The notes: generated by a model not told the origin, from the letters alone. Counted from the stretch's first letter, positions 10,584-22,510 are shown. The stretch is 64,000 nt of DNA from an uncultured Methanosarcinaceae archaeon (GCA_963847185.1 CAWJYV010000008.1:192001-256000); one strand, 5' to 3'. Numbers and translations: made by a program.

Positions 10584-10805
10584 TCATAGAGACCAGACTA
10601 GTAATGGGAGTATAATGATCATCACCAGCGAAAAGACGAAACCTGCAACAAAGCCAGACATTCCGGTAGCCATAACTCCGGAGTCCAGCTTCTGGTTCCT
10701 TGCAATCAGCTGTGCTCTGTACCGAATGCTCTCAACAGTAGCGTCAATTGCACCCATCTGGGGGGCAAGCACCATTGGAACTCCTTTTCCGTATTCTTCT
10801 GCCAT
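10584..10805 (-). CDS. mtrF: Mtr subunit F
   Basis: [17 protein letters not shown] motif. Confidence 0.96.
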   Translation of the reverse strand: MAEEYGKGVPMVLAPQMGAIDATVESIRYRAQLIARNQKLDSGVMATGMSGFVAGFVFSLVMIIILPLLVWSL

Positions 10806-10810
10806 CTTCC

Positions 10811-11533
10811 TTACCTCCCGAGCAGTAATAGTCCTAGCATGGATATGGTGACTGCCAGTCCTATCATGGCACCTTCAACCTTTCCTGCATGAACTCCTGA
10901 GTGGAACTTGTTCCAGTTTCCTATGTCAAGCATGCGGGATTCAATACCCTTCAACCTGGCACGGACAACTGCAATTTCACCGGAAACAGGCCTGACAATA
11001 GCGCCTTCTTCTTCTTCTCCGCCTTCTTCTTTGATCTCTAGGACCAGAGGATCTGCATCAAAGGCGCCTGGGTCTTTTGAAGCGAGTTCTCTTACCTTGG
11101 CGGTAATGGCACCCATGTCTTCGGTATCCAGCAGATTGACGACCTGGACCTGTTCCTGGAAGCGGGCAACTGCAGCTGGATTCAGGTTTTCTACATAAGG
11201 AATTGCACCCAATGCTCCTGCAATCCTGTTCTCTTTTACACCGTTTGCATGGAGGCTTATTATTGACTGTCCGGTAATGTGCCCTTTAACTTCAGAACCG
11301 GTAACAAGCAGGAATCTTACGTTGGGGTTTGAGATAATGTGGGCAACGACCTTTTCAATACCAAGATTTTCAGTTTTACACGAGCCGGTAACTGCTGCTC
11401 CTGCATCAAGAACTGGCTTTCCCGGAAGGTGTGATCCGCAGGTAATTACCAGTACAGGATTCTTGACATCTCCAACTTCATATTCACCTTTCAGAATAGG
11501 CCATCCAGGTGCTGGTTCTCTTTTGTTTACCAT
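10811..11533 (-). CDS. mtrA: Mtr subunit A (corrinoid-binding)
   Basis: [31 protein letters not shown] with the cobalt-ligating His. Confidence 0.97.
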   Translation of the reverse strand: MVNKREPAPGWPILKGEYEVGDVKNPVLVITCGSHLPGKPVLDAGAAVTGSCKTENLGIEKVVAHIISNPNVRFLLVTGSEVKGHITGQSIISLHANGVKENRIAGALGAIPYVENLNPAAVARFQEQVQVVNLLDTEDMGAITAKVRELASKDPGAFDADPLVLEIKEEGGEEEEGAIVRPVSGEIAVVRARLKGIESRMLDIGNWNKFHSGVHAGKVEGAMIGLAVTISMLGLLLLGR

Positions 11534-11534
11534 T

Positions 11535-11861
11535 TTACACTCCTCCGCTCATCATGCTCCTTATATATAGGTATAGAGCCAGCAGTCCGCAGAAGGCAAG
11601 ACCCACAACTACTCCATAAAAGGAGTTAGTGTAGAATCCGGCCATATAGGATGTGTTTTCACGGCCAGGCCACGAATTAAGAAGTGGCATGCTTGGGGAC
11701 AGGGAGTTTACGAGGTCGTCTGCAATTGCATCCAGTTTATCTATCCTCTCAAAGACAGGCTCCATTGAATACTGAATCGAGTCTTCTCTTTCTTCTGCTA
11801 CAGTTGCAGTATCCGGGTCCATGACCAGATGTAATTCGGGAGCTATTCTAATCATGCTCAT
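11535..11861 (-). CDS. mtrB: Mtr subunit B
   Basis: [16 protein letters not shown] motifs; operon position. Confidence 0.95.
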   Translation of the reverse strand: MSMIRIAPELHLVMDPDTATVAEEREDSIQYSMEPVFERIDKLDAIADDLVNSLSPSMPLLNSWPGRENTSYMAGFYTNSFYGVVVGLAFCGLLALYLYIRSMMSGGV

Positions 11862-12667
11862 TGCAGTTCCTCCGCACTGGGTAATAGACCGGTTCCAACC
11901 ACTGCATATGCATCTCTCTTAATGAGTGCATAGTAGTTGTGGAAAGCAAAGTACCAGATTATAAGTCCTACAACTATTGTCACAAAAGCTGGTCCCAGAC
12001 CGACGCCAACTGCAGATGCTATGCCTGAAATTACCATTGAAGCTGCACCCATCTGTACAGCACAGGCAAGAGTTCTGTCCTGTGATTCGTCAGGTCCCAG
12101 GTTTGCATTGAAGGGGTGCAGCATTGCCATACCGCCTGCGATGTAAACCATTGCCACAAAACCTGTTGTGACCATATTTTCGACTACTGGCATGAAATCA
12201 AACGAGCCAGCCATCGTAACGCTTAATCCTATAATCATAAGAGCCCCGGAACCTGCAATCTCTGTCATTGTCTGTTCCATGACAGGGATGCCCATGCCGA
12301 TTACTCTGTTAGCAAGGGCGCCAATTACAAGTCCGAGAATGCATGCGACAATAAATGCGACGATAGGGCCTGCAATTCCTCCAATTGAAAGTCCGAAGAG
12401 AGCTGCGACAATTCCCATACCAAGGGCAAGGAGACCAATTGACGGGACACCAGTACCAAGACCATAACTGGCAACACGCCTGACTGCATCAGCACCCCAT
12501 ACAGCGGTAAAGATTGCTCCAATAGCTCCTATGAAGGAAAACGCCGGGTTCACTGCTGCAAGGAAATGCCCTGCATAGATTCCTATAAGGCCACCAAACA
12601 CACCAAGACCTATAATTTTCTGTGGAGGATATTTCAATTTTGCTTCTCCAGATCCGCCTCCAGACAT
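11858..12667 (-). CDS. mtrC: Mtr subunit C
   Basis: [22 protein letters not shown] and [17 protein letters not shown] motifs. Confidence 0.96.
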   Translation of the reverse strand: MSGGGSGEAKLKYPPQKIIGLGVFGGLIGIYAGHFLAAVNPAFSFIGAIGAIFTAVWGADAVRRVASYGLGTGVPSIGLLALGMGIVAALFGLSIGGIAGPIVAFIVACILGLVIGALANRVIGMGIPVMEQTMTEIAGSGALMIIGLSVTMAGSFDFMPVVENMVTTGFVAMVYIAGGMAMLHPFNANLGPDESQDRTLACAVQMGAASMVISGIASAVGVGLGPAFVTIVVGLIIWYFAFHNYYALIKRDAYAVVGTGLLPSAEELQ

Positions 12668-12668
12668 T

Positions 12669-13394
12669 TTATAGACCTCCTATGAGCTGTCCGATTGTAA
12701 TTACTGCAACAATGGCACAGAGGAGTGATGCAACAAGGGAAGAAGCTACCGCTTTCGGCCATTTTTTGAATTTGGGGTCGTGGAACCCTTCAATCGTACC
12801 ACCGATATTGTACGAAGGAATTACAGAGTTTACAAAGAAAATGCCTATTGAGAAAATTGCTACAACTGGTACAAGGTTCGGGTTAAGTGTTGCGCCTGTC
12901 GTCCCAACTTCCATAAGGGCGTAGTATATAAGAGCTCCTCCAATACCACCAAGGCCAGCTCCAATAACTCCACTTACGAAACAGACGGTTGGAAGCCCGT
13001 GCCCTTCAGTACCCTGAGATACATAAAGGTCCTGTCTGTATTTGGTAAGGGGATCAATTTTTACTTTTGCAGATGCCGGCACACAGCCCACACCATAAGC
13101 ATAGACCCAGCTTCCTACAATCATGGTAGCAGCTATCATGATCATTGCACCGACTGCCGCAGAAGCAAGGATTAGAGGCAAATTGTCGGTTACACTCATT
13201 ATATATCCGGTACTTACAAGCCCTGTAAGTCCTGCGCCTGCTGCGAGCTGCACAGTACCGGTACCGATACCGGTTGCCTGAGCCATTGCTGCAGGGGCAC
13301 CGCCCACAGGTATAAAGTGGACACTCTGGGAAATCAGCGCACCGCCGATGACAACCATTAGAATAGGAATAATATTGGCCATGATGTCAATCAT
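12669..13394 (-). CDS. mtrD: Mtr subunit D
   Basis: VHFIPVGGAPAAMAQATG, GTEGHGLPTV and SYNIGGTIEGFHDPKFK motifs. Confidence 0.96.
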   Translation of the reverse strand: MIDIMANIIPILMVVIGGALISQSVHFIPVGGAPAAMAQATGIGTGTVQLAAGAGLTGLVSTGYIMSVTDNLPLILASAAVGAMIMIAATMIVGSWVYAYGVGCVPASAKVKIDPLTKYRQDLYVSQGTEGHGLPTVCFVSGVIGAGLGGIGGALIYYALMEVGTTGATLNPNLVPVVAIFSIGIFFVNSVIPSYNIGGTIEGFHDPKFKKWPKAVASSLVASLLCAIVAVITIGQLIGGL

Positions 13395-14307
13395 GCGCTT
13401 GCCTCCTCTTCGCTCTTATCCTGTTTATACGGACCGAAAGCTTTCCTGGCTTTAACTTCGATATCCCAGTTCCAGATAATCATAATAACAACAATAATAA
13501 CACCTGCAATAACTGAAAGCCAGCCAGTCCCAGGCCATCTGCAGGGTTGAAAATAGTTGTAATCCAGCTGCCCAGGAATACAGTCATTCCAAAAGCAAGC
13601 CCTGTAACAGGTCCACCAAACTTTGCACAGAACCAGGAGTTGTCAAAACTGTCTCTGACGCCTGACTCGGCATACCTTACAATGTTTCCTGAGTTTGAAG
13701 CGTTCAGACCAGTTCCGAATTCAAACTGCTGGAACTCACGCTCTGCACCATAGTGGACGTCACCAGTGGAAGAGCCGATTGCACCGACGGTGATTCCCCA
13801 GATAAAGGCCATTATTGGTATAGGGAAGGGGTGACCGAGTACTGCGACCATCAGGTACGAAACTACCAGGACACAGAACGTAGTTATAAACGAATAACCC
13901 ATAATCGCGGGGGTATGGGATCTGATCATGTCCAGGTATATGGGCTGCTTAAAACGCCTCTGACTGGCACACCGGCCCATTGTAGCACTAATTGCATAAG
14001 TTCCATGCACAGTAGCTGCAACAACAGAACCAAGAACCAGTGCCAGAAGTGGGGACAAACCTAATGCACTAATTAAAACAACAGCTACAGTAGCACCAAT
14101 CGAACACATTAAGGCATTGGATGGTGGTTCACCTGAAATAGCTTTGTTAAATATCCTGTGTGGATATCCCATCTGGGGAGCCAATTGCACCTGAGAGTTA
14201 GGGTTACTCTGCGATCCTATATCTGATTCCAGGTCCTCTGAGGCACCTGCAATAGTCGCAGCCACTCCTATAAGTGCGAGCACTCCCATGCTTACGAGTG
14301 GTTCCAT
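13391..14307 (-). CDS. mtrE: Mtr subunit E; 1-bp frameshift near 13525, probably a sequence error
   Basis: EDLESDIGSQSNPNSQVQLAPQMG motif. The true C-terminus (WLSVIAGVII...ARKAFGPYKQDKSEEEASA*) lies in another frame and ends at TGA 13391, overlapping the mtrD ATG. Confidence 0.93.
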
Positions 14308-15088
14308 TCATTTTCCTCCTTTGTTTATTACATGTAATAAGATGGACTTTAAAAAACGCTGTACATTTTTTTGAAATCGTCTGCCATATCATTACAAAGA
14401 AATATGATTATGACGCGCGTTATTTTTTGGATTAGAGAGGATCATTCATAAACCTTTCGAAATATGCAGGCTTTTAAAATATTATTATATACTTATATAA
14501 TATACAATCAATTTTATATGATATCTAGAGGGGGTTAAAATAAACAAAATCCTATATATATATATAAAAATAAATTCTACTCCTTGTAGTATCATATAAA
14601 GATTCCGATCTTGAGTGACGATTTTTTTTGTTTCCTCTTAATTAATATATTTCCTATTTTTATATTAATGAGTTTTGCTGATGTGGTTTTTATATTAATA
14701 AATTTTATAAATAGTAAACAGTACTAATCTTTCTTATTTCTCAGAAGGACAAACTGAACATGGATACTGCATCTAAAAATCTAAATTATTTCATTCTGTG
14801 AAACTCTAAAATAAGGCTATGTCTATATTAAAAAACTATGTATTTTTTTCGTAACTATTTATTAATTTTCTTTAACAGTTAAACGAGTAACCCTTATTTA
14901 TATATAAATATGTTGGCTAATTTTGCCCTTTGAGACAAAATAAAAGCATTCGAGTACTGTTTAAGTGCCAGTTGCGATACTCTTTCTATCTAGCTAGCTA
15001 GAGATTTGGTTTTTTTATAGAGTCCTGCATTTTTGGCTTCAGAGAGGATCAGAAAAGAATTTTTATATTTAGTTTCCTTGCTTAATGC

Positions 15089-15898
15089 GTGATTTTCGGA
15101 GCTTCATCCTTTGCCGGCCCCTTTGCAGATTTAAGAGGACACGTAGGATCAATAGAACTGTATATTCCCAAACTGGGAATTTATAATGGTTCGACACTTG
15201 AGAAAGAAAAACTTGACAGGATCCTTGATGAATTATCCACTCATGATTTTGCAAGTACGGTTCATGCTCCTTACTTTGCAGCAGACTCAAAATATCCTTC
15301 AGCTCTCCAGGTAGATACCGCCTTAATGGGAGAGAAAGAATTTGCTCTAATGGAAGAATCCCTTGCTCTTGCAAGCAGGATAGGGGCGAATGTAGTTGTT
15401 TTACATCCTGGCAGAATCGGGCCTGACAGGGAAAAATCTTTTTCTTCTATGATCAAAAACCTCTGCACTCTTGCTTCAATAGCTGAAGATTACGGAGTCA
15501 TGCTGGGTCTTGAGAACAAGGAAGGTACTGACCCTTTCAACTTTTGTTGTAAAGCAGAAGAGCTTTCCAGGGTAATCGAAATCGTAAATTCTGAAAATCT
15601 GAAAGCTACCCTTGATATAGGGCATGCAAACCTCACCTGTGGAGGCGATCCCGAAAAACTCCGGACTTTTGTCCTGACTCTGAAAAAGCACATTATTCAT
15701 CTTCATCTGCATGACAACAGCGGCCAATGGACCGAAATGTACGATGGAGACGAGCACATGGCTCCAGGAAAAGGCTGTACGGATTTTTCGGTTCTGAAAC
15801 TGCTTTCAGGTTACAAAGGTATCTATAATCTGGAGGTTTTTTCTCTCGATGATGTTCTTTTCGGAAAAAACACCCTTGAAAATGCCTTCAAGCTTTAA
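15089..15898 (+). CDS. Sugar phosphate isomerase/epimerase (AP endonuclease family 2, TIM barrel)
   Basis: VHAP, VVLHPG, LGLEN, TLDIGHA and HLHLHDN motifs. Confidence 0.88.
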   Translation: MIFGASSFAGPFADLRGHVGSIELYIPKLGIYNGSTLEKEKLDRILDELSTHDFASTVHAPYFAADSKYPSALQVDTALMGEKEFALMEESLALASRIGANVVVLHPGRIGPDREKSFSSMIKNLCTLASIAEDYGVMLGLENKEGTDPFNFCCKAEELSRVIEIVNSENLKATLDIGHANLTCGGDPEKLRTFVLTLKKHIIHLHLHDNSGQWTEMYDGDEHMAPGKGCTDFSVLKLLSGYKGIYNLEVFSLDDVLFGKNTLENAFKL

Positions 15899-15968
15899 TA
15901 CTTGCTTAAATCCGTAAAAAGAGGAATAGCCGGGTTCTGGTAAGAACCTCAGCTTTTATTACTTATTC

Positions 15969-17889
15969 TTAAGAGAAATCTACTTTCATTCCTTTCTGGC
16001 CAAGCACTTTTTTCAGCTCTTCATAAGCCGTGAAAAGCTCTTTTTTCTGTCTCCCAACTGTTTCAAGCCTGGGTTCGGCTTTGAGCCAGATATCCTGTTC
16101 TCCGGTTCCTCTTGTAACCGCGACGCAGGCAAGCATATCTCCATGGGTCAATCTGTATACTGAATCAAGCCCTGTAGGAGTTACCCAGGCAGGAGAAATC
16201 ATTTTAAGTTTTTCAATTAATTCATTCCAGCTGAGATTTCCGGAAGTCCTGAGGTTAAGCTGGAGGTGGGTACGTTCCCCGGCAACCTTTTCATTAAGGT
16301 TCTTAAGGAATACACTGTACTCAGGATCTTTCTCACTGATTTCTTTTGCTTCATAGCGGGAAAGTTCTTCTGCTTCCTCTTCGAAGAAAGGTGCAAGATT
16401 TACCCTGCTTGAAGGCTTCGTCATCAGGGAAACTCCAAAGAAAGCAATCGCACTTAGGGACATCCCCACAATAACTCCGTGGCTCATCAGAATCGGATGA
16501 ATGCTTTCCAGATAATTGGGAGCCAGGGGAGGTGTCTTTATAAGATCCAGAATTACGAGTGCTACCTGAACCGTAAAACCGATTATCATGCCTGCAAAGG
16601 CTCCTTCTTTGGTAGCTCTTTTCCAGTACAGGCCTCCCATGAGTGGGAAGAAGTAAGAAGAGCTTGCAATGAAAGTTGCGATATGAATGGCACCGATAAT
16701 GTTAGGAATAACAAATGAGCCTGCTGTTGCAGCGAGGATAATGAACAGCACACTGATCCTGTTTACCAGCATCATTTCCTTCATTGTGGCATCTGGCTTT
16801 ATGTATCTCTGGTAGATATCCCTTGAGATACAGGAAGCTCCTGACGTTGAAAACGTGTCCGTACAGGACATTGAAGCTGCTGCAAGCCCTATTGCACTGA
16901 AGGCTATTACTGCTGGTGCAGCGGCGAACCGTTCACTTACAAAAGCCAGGAGTGCAGGTTCTGCCAGAGCCATCCCTGCGGGGAAACCCATTGGGGCAAT
17001 CTCAGGGTATATTGCAGTTAAGGGCTATTGCAATCACGGCGCAGGATGCAAAGACCAGAGTAATCATGAGAGCGCCAATTATCATTCCAAGGCTGGCAGA
17101 TTTTGCATCTCTTGCAGCCCAGACTTTCTGCCAGGGGTCCTGTTCCGTAATCCAGCCCGGAATTATAGCAAGGCAAAAGATCAGAACCATGGGAAGGCCG
17201 ATTGATAAAGGATTCCACCAGTCTCCAGGTACACCTGCAAAAAGCTCTGAAGCACTTATTGCAGAAGTGTTAAGGCCTCCGTCAGCTACTGTTGCTACTG
17301 TGGCAAAAGCCATTCCTACTGCGAAAATAGCAAGGAAAGCATACTGGATAGTATCTGTCCAGATAACTGCATATAGCCCTCCAAGGGTTACATAAAGAGA
17401 CACTGCAATTGCAACAATAGCTGCAGCATAGAAAGGATCAAGGCCGTAAAAGACCTGCAGCACCAGGGAAAGCCCTGTAATGTCAGCTACTGAAAAAAGA
17501 ATCATTACAACAGTAATAATAAGGGCAATTGGCCACCTTACTATACTCCCATAGCGCTGTTCCAGAAGTTCAGGCTGGGTAATTGCAGGCAGATTTTTGA
17601 TCTTTCCCACAAGCACCGCAATGACAAGGAGGGCGATGATGTTGGGAGCTACAAAAGCCCATATAGAGCCCATTCCCTGAAGCATATAATATCCTACAAC
17701 CGCAAGAATTCCACCTGCTGTCAGCCAGGAAGCTGCAGCTGAAAATCCCAGGGCGCCGGGTCCTATTCGTCTGCCAGCAAGCCAGAAGTCCGTAACTGAT
17801 TTCTGTCTATTATTAAAATACCAGCCAATAGCCACAAGCATGGCTATATAAACCGCAAGCATTACAAGAAAAATACTGTAACCATCCAT
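15969..17889 (-). CDS. Sodium:solute symporter (PutP/SSS family), split by a frameshift near 17000
   Basis: ORF 17002-17889 (DFWLAGRRIG, YVTLGGLYAVIWTD) and ORF 15969-16991 (GGLYWKRATKEGA) are consecutive halves of one SSS protein. Confidence 0.88.
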
Positions 17890-18314
17890 AAGGGTACACC
17901 AATAAATAATTAATTAATTTTAGGGGTTTTACTTTTATCGAAAATACGAGATACTAGTGCTATTTCTGAAATATATTACCGTTTATATATTCTCATTGTA
18001 TCGACATATAAATAAATAAACTTTTACTTTCTCCATAAAGTTTATTTGCCTTTTTACTGTCTTATGAATCCTTTTTTTCCTTTATCACAAGTTAACTTGA
18101 ATTAATTCAATTTTTATTTTTATACTTATATTTTTAATATTTTTTTAAATAATCCCTAATATTTTTGATATTATCTGTCTTTGTGCCTTAAAATGGTAAA
18201 AAATGCCTTTTTATGTCTTTAAAGTCTCTTTTCTCACTTTTTATTCTTCTATTCAATAAATAAAGTTATTTTCCCTCCAATAATATCTATCATTCCAGTC
18301 AAAATCACATAATT

Positions 18315-18545
18315 ATGAATTCCAGAATCAGAATCTTCAAATTAGCAACATTTCTCTTAATCTGGTTGTATTTGCCGGCCCCGGTTGCGTTGACAATCAG
18401 GAAGAGAATAAAAAGTGCCGGAACAATGGGAAACGGCACTGAAAGCATTTCTGAGGATGCTTCTGCAGGCGAAGGTGAAATACTGACAGTTTTCCATGCA
18501 GGAAGTCTGAGTATACCTTTTTGAGACTCGAAAACATAGTTTTAA
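18315..18545 (+). pseudogene. 5' fragment of a tungstate/molybdate ABC substrate-binding lipoprotein (WtpA-like)
   Basis: LTVFHAGSLSIPF motif; lipobox-like GCVDNQ in a shifted frame; early stop. Confidence 0.75.
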
Positions 18546-18547
18546 GT

Positions 18548-18755
18548 AACACATCCGCACAATCCAGCATCAGAAACTCACTGCAGGGCAGGGTTACTGA
18601 CGCCCTGGTACTTTGCACTCTCGTGAGGATAAATTGATTGCTGAGTCGTCCTGAATGCCCTGATAACCAGGCAGTCAGCAGAGGAGATGGGTATTTCTCC
18701 CGGGGTTCCGGTTTACGTCCAGTTCAAGTCAAGTTCTGTTCACGTACTCCGTTAA
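18548..18755 (+). pseudogene. 3' fragment (TOBE domain) of a Mo/W ABC ATPase
   Basis: Hand translation gives SSIRNSLQGRVT...LNALITRQSAEEMGISPGVPVYVQFKSSSVHVLR*. Confidence 0.72.
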
Positions 18756-18768
18756 AAGGTGATAATCT

Positions 18769-19359
18769 GTGAAAGCGAAAACAAAGCTCTGGTTTACGGA
18801 AGACGGAAAAACCGTCATGGGTGCTGGAAGGGCTGAATTACTTAAAGCAATTGACAAAGAACGCTCCCTCCGGAAAGCCTGCAAAGTTCTTAGTATCTCA
18901 TACAAACACGCCTGGATGATGCTTAAAAAAATGAATGAGGCTCTGGACGAACCCGCAGTAATCACGATACGCGGAGGAAAGGAACAGGGTACTTTCCTGA
19001 CTGACCGGGGAAGGAAACTTCTGGTTGAGTATGAGGCAAACAAGCAGATTATCAATCAAACAATTGGAGACGAAACTACTGCCTGGGAAAACATAGGCTT
19101 CAAGTTATCGGCCAGAAATCAGCTTCCAGGTAAAGTGCTTAAAATAGATAAAGACGGGCTAGTCTGTAAGATTACAATTGAAATGGACCCTTCAGTTCTT
19201 ACCTCAGTAATCACTGAAGAAGCTGTAGAGAAACTGGACATTAAGCCCGGAGACAGGATTTATGCTGTCATCAAATCAACTGAGGTAATGGTTGCAAAAA
19301 TCGTCAGTGAAAAAAGACAGATTGAAACCGATCCTAAAGAGATGGATTGCTCAGACTGA
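18769..19359 (+). CDS. ModE-like regulator (winged HTH + TOBE/Mop domain)
   Basis: GAGRAELLKAID..SLRKA..ISYKHAW HTH and SARNQLPG...AVIKST molybdate-binding TOBE motif. Confidence 0.9.
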   Translation: MKAKTKLWFTEDGKTVMGAGRAELLKAIDKERSLRKACKVLSISYKHAWMMLKKMNEALDEPAVITIRGGKEQGTFLTDRGRKLLVEYEANKQIINQTIGDETTAWENIGFKLSARNQLPGKVLKIDKDGLVCKITIEMDPSVLTSVITEEAVEKLDIKPGDRIYAVIKSTEVMVAKIVSEKRQIETDPKEMDCSD

Positions 19360-19625
19360 AAATTATAACTCTAATTGAACGAAATAATACATTTTTTCGT
19401 AACCTGGTACTGTTCTTTTTTTCTTTATATAACTCGGCACCGTGCTTTTTCCTCATATAACTTGAAATTTTATTTTATATTTTTGAATTTTGACATTTTT
19501 CTTTTTTTCTAAAATGTTTTGTGCCGATGCATGAATATTTTTTTGGCAGGCAATTTACACTTTTGTGTACTCAGAATCTTGATTTTTTATTTTTTTCAAA
19601 GCTTTCGGTTAACAGAAGTTCAGTA

Positions 19626-20072
19626 TTATTCTTCCCCCCGGACGACCATAACCGGGACTTTTGAGTTCCCCACTGCTTTTTCTGCAACGCTTCCTACTAG
19701 AAATCTTTCGAGTCCGGTCTTTCCAAGGGTGCCCATTACTATCAGGTCAATATCATTATTCTCGGCGAAATCGAGAATTTCCTTACTCGGGTGTCCGTCT
19801 AAAACGACCTCTCTTACCTCTACTCCTGAGGTCTCTCCAATCTTTTTAACTTTAGATACTGCTTTTTCTCCATCATTTTTCATAATTTCGTAGATTGTTT
19901 CTTTGCCAGCAGTCCAATTTTCAGAAATTGTAGAGTGTGTATCTATTACGTGAAGAGCGTAGACAGTAGCTCCACTAAGTTTTGCAATCTCAATACCGTA
20001 GGAAATGGCTTTATTAGTATTCTCGGATCCGTCCGTTGCAATCACTATATTACGGTAAAAATCTTTTTTCAT
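19626..20072 (-). CDS. Universal stress protein (UspA family)
   Basis: IVIATDGSE and DLIVMGTLGKTG...GSVAEKAV...VPVMVVR motifs. Confidence 0.95.
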   Translation of the reverse strand: MKKDFYRNIVIATDGSENTNKAISYGIEIAKLSGATVYALHVIDTHSTISENWTAGKETIYEIMKNDGEKAVSKVKKIGETSGVEVREVVLDGHPSKEILDFAENNDIDLIVMGTLGKTGLERFLVGSVAEKAVGNSKVPVMVVRGEE

Positions 20073-20259
20073 GTATTGTTCTCCATTTACGCATAAAATG
20101 CTGATATAAAGAAAAGATTAATTCGATATGACAGAAAGATTAATTCAATCATACTCATACAGTTTCGATTTCCAGAATTATTAGTGTTATTTGCTTTAAT
20201 CTGAGGTAAAGATCCAATACTGTAAAGCTGGATGAGTATGTTTTAGAAAATAAAGGGTT

Positions 20260-20280
20260 GTAGCCTTTTTAAAAGGCTAC
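20260..20280 (-). terminator. 3' hairpin (GTAGCCTTTTTAAAAGGCTAC) after the surface-protein genes
   Basis: Inverted repeat 37 bp downstream of the stop; a near-identical hairpin occurs at 42614-42632. Confidence 0.5.
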
Positions 20281-20316
20281 TCGAATATTTCTTTATTTAT
20301 ATTACTGCTAGCTGTT

Positions 20317-21396
20317 TCAATCCTGCTTCTTCTTTCTAAGCATTACGAAACATGCTGCAAGGGCCATTGCAATACCTGTTCCAATCTGATATCCCGGAAG
20401 AGACTCTTTTGCAGGCAGGACTTCTGTGTTAATTTTAACTGTATCTGAGACCTGGTCATGCCCGTCGGCATCTTCATAGAGAATTTCACTGCTCAGAGAA
20501 TATGGTTTGGGAGTTGCAGTTTCATCTACATCCATATCAAATACAGCAACAGCATTTTCCCCGGGTTTCAGAGTTCCAAGATAAGCCTGGTCGTCAGTAG
20601 TACTGAAGGGATCAGCTGCACTGAGTCTAACGGTTGCATCAGTTGCAGGTTCTTCTCCGGCATTCTTGTATGTAACGCGAAGCATTCCGCCTTTATCAGG
20701 GTAAAGGTCACCTGTTACATTTGTGACCTCAAAGTAAGGTTCCTTTTTGACTTCTATGTTTATAGTCTGAGTCTGGGTCTTGTTTTCGTACCAGATGCCT
20801 ACTTCCTTATTTGTCACAAGGCCTGTGGTACTGTCAAATTCGTCTCCTCCTACCTGAACGTTATTCTGGTACTGATATGAAAGTTCAAGAGTCAGAGGAT
20901 ATGTACCTGCAGGAGCGTCTTTATTAATCTCAATTGTAAACTTTGTAGGACTTGAGCTATCTTTTCCCTGCTTGAGAGTGCCAGCTTCTTGAGATCCCGA
21001 TTTAACTTTAATGTTCGGATTGTCAGATTTAAGTGTTGCAAGAATGCCTACTGCTGTTGTAGCCTGAGCTTCATACTGCATCTCTGACTGCTGGAGCATC
21101 TGGTCTACATAATTTCCAATTTCTGCATCTTTTTCAGATTTAAAGCCGGAAACTTCACCCTTATTCATCATGTTTATATTGAGAGTTACAGTGTCTCCTC
21201 TGGAGTATTGGTTATCTCCAACGAGTGTTGCACTAAGGTCAGGCCCTCCATATACTGAGTAGTAATTCTTACTAATATCAAAATTGTCTGGTACAGCTGC
21301 CTGCGCTGGGAAAACTGCCCAGCAAAGGATCAGAAGGGTTGTGACAGTAATAAATAATCCATTTTTATTCATTTTCATCACCTGATGTATTCTCAT
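20317..21396 (-). CDS. COG1361 S-layer-family/CARDB-like secreted protein with a PGF-CTERM-like tail (LPGY + TM + basic residues)
   Basis: Signal peptide, Ig-like repeats (PAGTYPL, LGTLKPGE) and a C-terminal anchor. Confidence 0.8.
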   Translation of the reverse strand: MRIHQVMKMNKNGLFITVTTLLILCWAVFPAQAAVPDNFDISKNYYSVYGGPDLSATLVGDNQYSRGDTVTLNINMMNKGEVSGFKSEKDAEIGNYVDQMLQQSEMQYEAQATTAVGILATLKSDNPNIKVKSGSQEAGTLKQGKDSSSPTKFTIEINKDAPAGTYPLTLELSYQYQNNVQVGGDEFDSTTGLVTNKEVGIWYENKTQTQTINIEVKKEPYFEVTNVTGDLYPDKGGMLRVTYKNAGEEPATDATVRLSAADPFSTTDDQAYLGTLKPGENAVAVFDMDVDETATPKPYSLSSEILYEDADGHDQVSDTVKINTEVLPAKESLPGYQIGTGIAMALAACFVMLRKKKQD

Positions 21397-22510
21397 TATT
21401 CTGGTTTCTTTTCCGGTGCATATTCACGATCTGGTAAAGGGCGATAACGATAATCAGTATAATTGCTATGCCTGTTGTGCTGAATTTTTTCTCTGTAGAT
21501 TCAAGGGGTAAGTTCACTTTCATACTTTCTGAAAAGATGGTATCTCCGTCGTCATCAACATACTTTATTTCACTGTTGATTCCATACTTTTTTACAATAG
21601 CATCCTGATCTGCCTTTATTTCGAAACTGGCAGTCTTTTCTTCCCCTGGCCCAATATCTCCTAGCCTTACTATAGATTTCTCAGTGCTAAGAGGGCTCAT
21701 CACAATTATCCGGGCTAAAGCATCTTTTGCTACGCTTTCCCTTGTGTTTTTATAGGTAACTTCAATGACTTTGCTTTCTCCCTGTACAAGGCTTCCTGAG
21801 ACATTGGTTACTTCGAATTTAGGTTCGCTTTTTACGGAAACGGGTATTCTGAGAGTTTCATTTTTTGTTTTATACTCTCTTGCATACTCTACATCCGTAA
21901 GCCCGAGATTTATTGCATCCGCAGTTACAGTTTTAACATTTGCCTGGTATTGATAATTTACAGGCAGGAGGAGCTCATAATTCCCGGCAGGTGTATCGCT
22001 ATCTATTTTGATGGTGTAACTGAGGGTTGCTGTATGGCCTGTTTCAAGTTCTTCCACACTCTGGAGATTGGCTGTGGACTCAACTTCAATGTATTTAGTT
22101 TCCGATTGAAGAGTAGCCTCGATATCTTTTGCCGTTGTGGATTCTTTTTCTTCTTCCATCTCTGCCAGTGCAACCGTTTCCTCAACCGAGTCGTTTATTT
22201 TTTTCTGGTTTGCGTTCAACCTCTGAAATCCATCTATTACCCCGGTATTCGCGATTTTTACCTTCAGGTCTACAGTTTCTCCTCTGGTTAACTCGGGATC
22301 TCCTGTAATTGACGCTTTCATAACCGGCTCTCCGTAATTCCTGTAATAATCTACAGTATACCCATGATCCAGAACAATGAAATTCGTTTCATCATCATCG
22401 TCCCCGAGGGCTGGAAATGCAGTCACTGATACAATTAATAGAATTAACGCAAATGTAGTAAGTTTCTTAATCATTTTTTGCCTTAATTTTTTGATGGGCA
22501 TTTGTGTCAT
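21365..22510 (-). CDS. COG1361 S-layer-family secreted protein, paralog of the downstream gene
   Basis: Signal peptide, RGETVDL, PAGNYEL and LGDIGPGEE motifs, C-terminal TM. Confidence 0.8.
   Translation of the reverse strand: MTQMPIKKLRQKMIKKLTTFALILLIVSVTAFPALGDDDDETNFIVLDHGYTVDYYRNYGEPVMKASITGDPELTRGETVDLKVKIANTGVIDGFQRLNANQKKINDSVEETVALAEMEEEKESTTAKDIEATLQSETKYIEVESTANLQSVEELETGHTATLSYTIKIDSDTPAGNYELLLPVNYQYQANVKTVTADAINLGLTDVEYAREYKTKNETLRIPVSVKSEPKFEVTNVSGSLVQGESKVIEVTYKNTRESVAKDALARIIVMSPLSTEKSIVRLGDIGPGEEKTASFEIKADQDAIVKKYGINSEIKYVDDDGDTIFSESMKVNLPLESTEKKFSTTGIAIILIIVIALYQIVNMHRKRNQNNENTSGDENE

Noticed and set aside
13480-13540. Programmed frameshifting in mtrE
   Set aside because: No slippery heptamer or stimulatory structure is visible; a one-base sequencing deletion is simpler.
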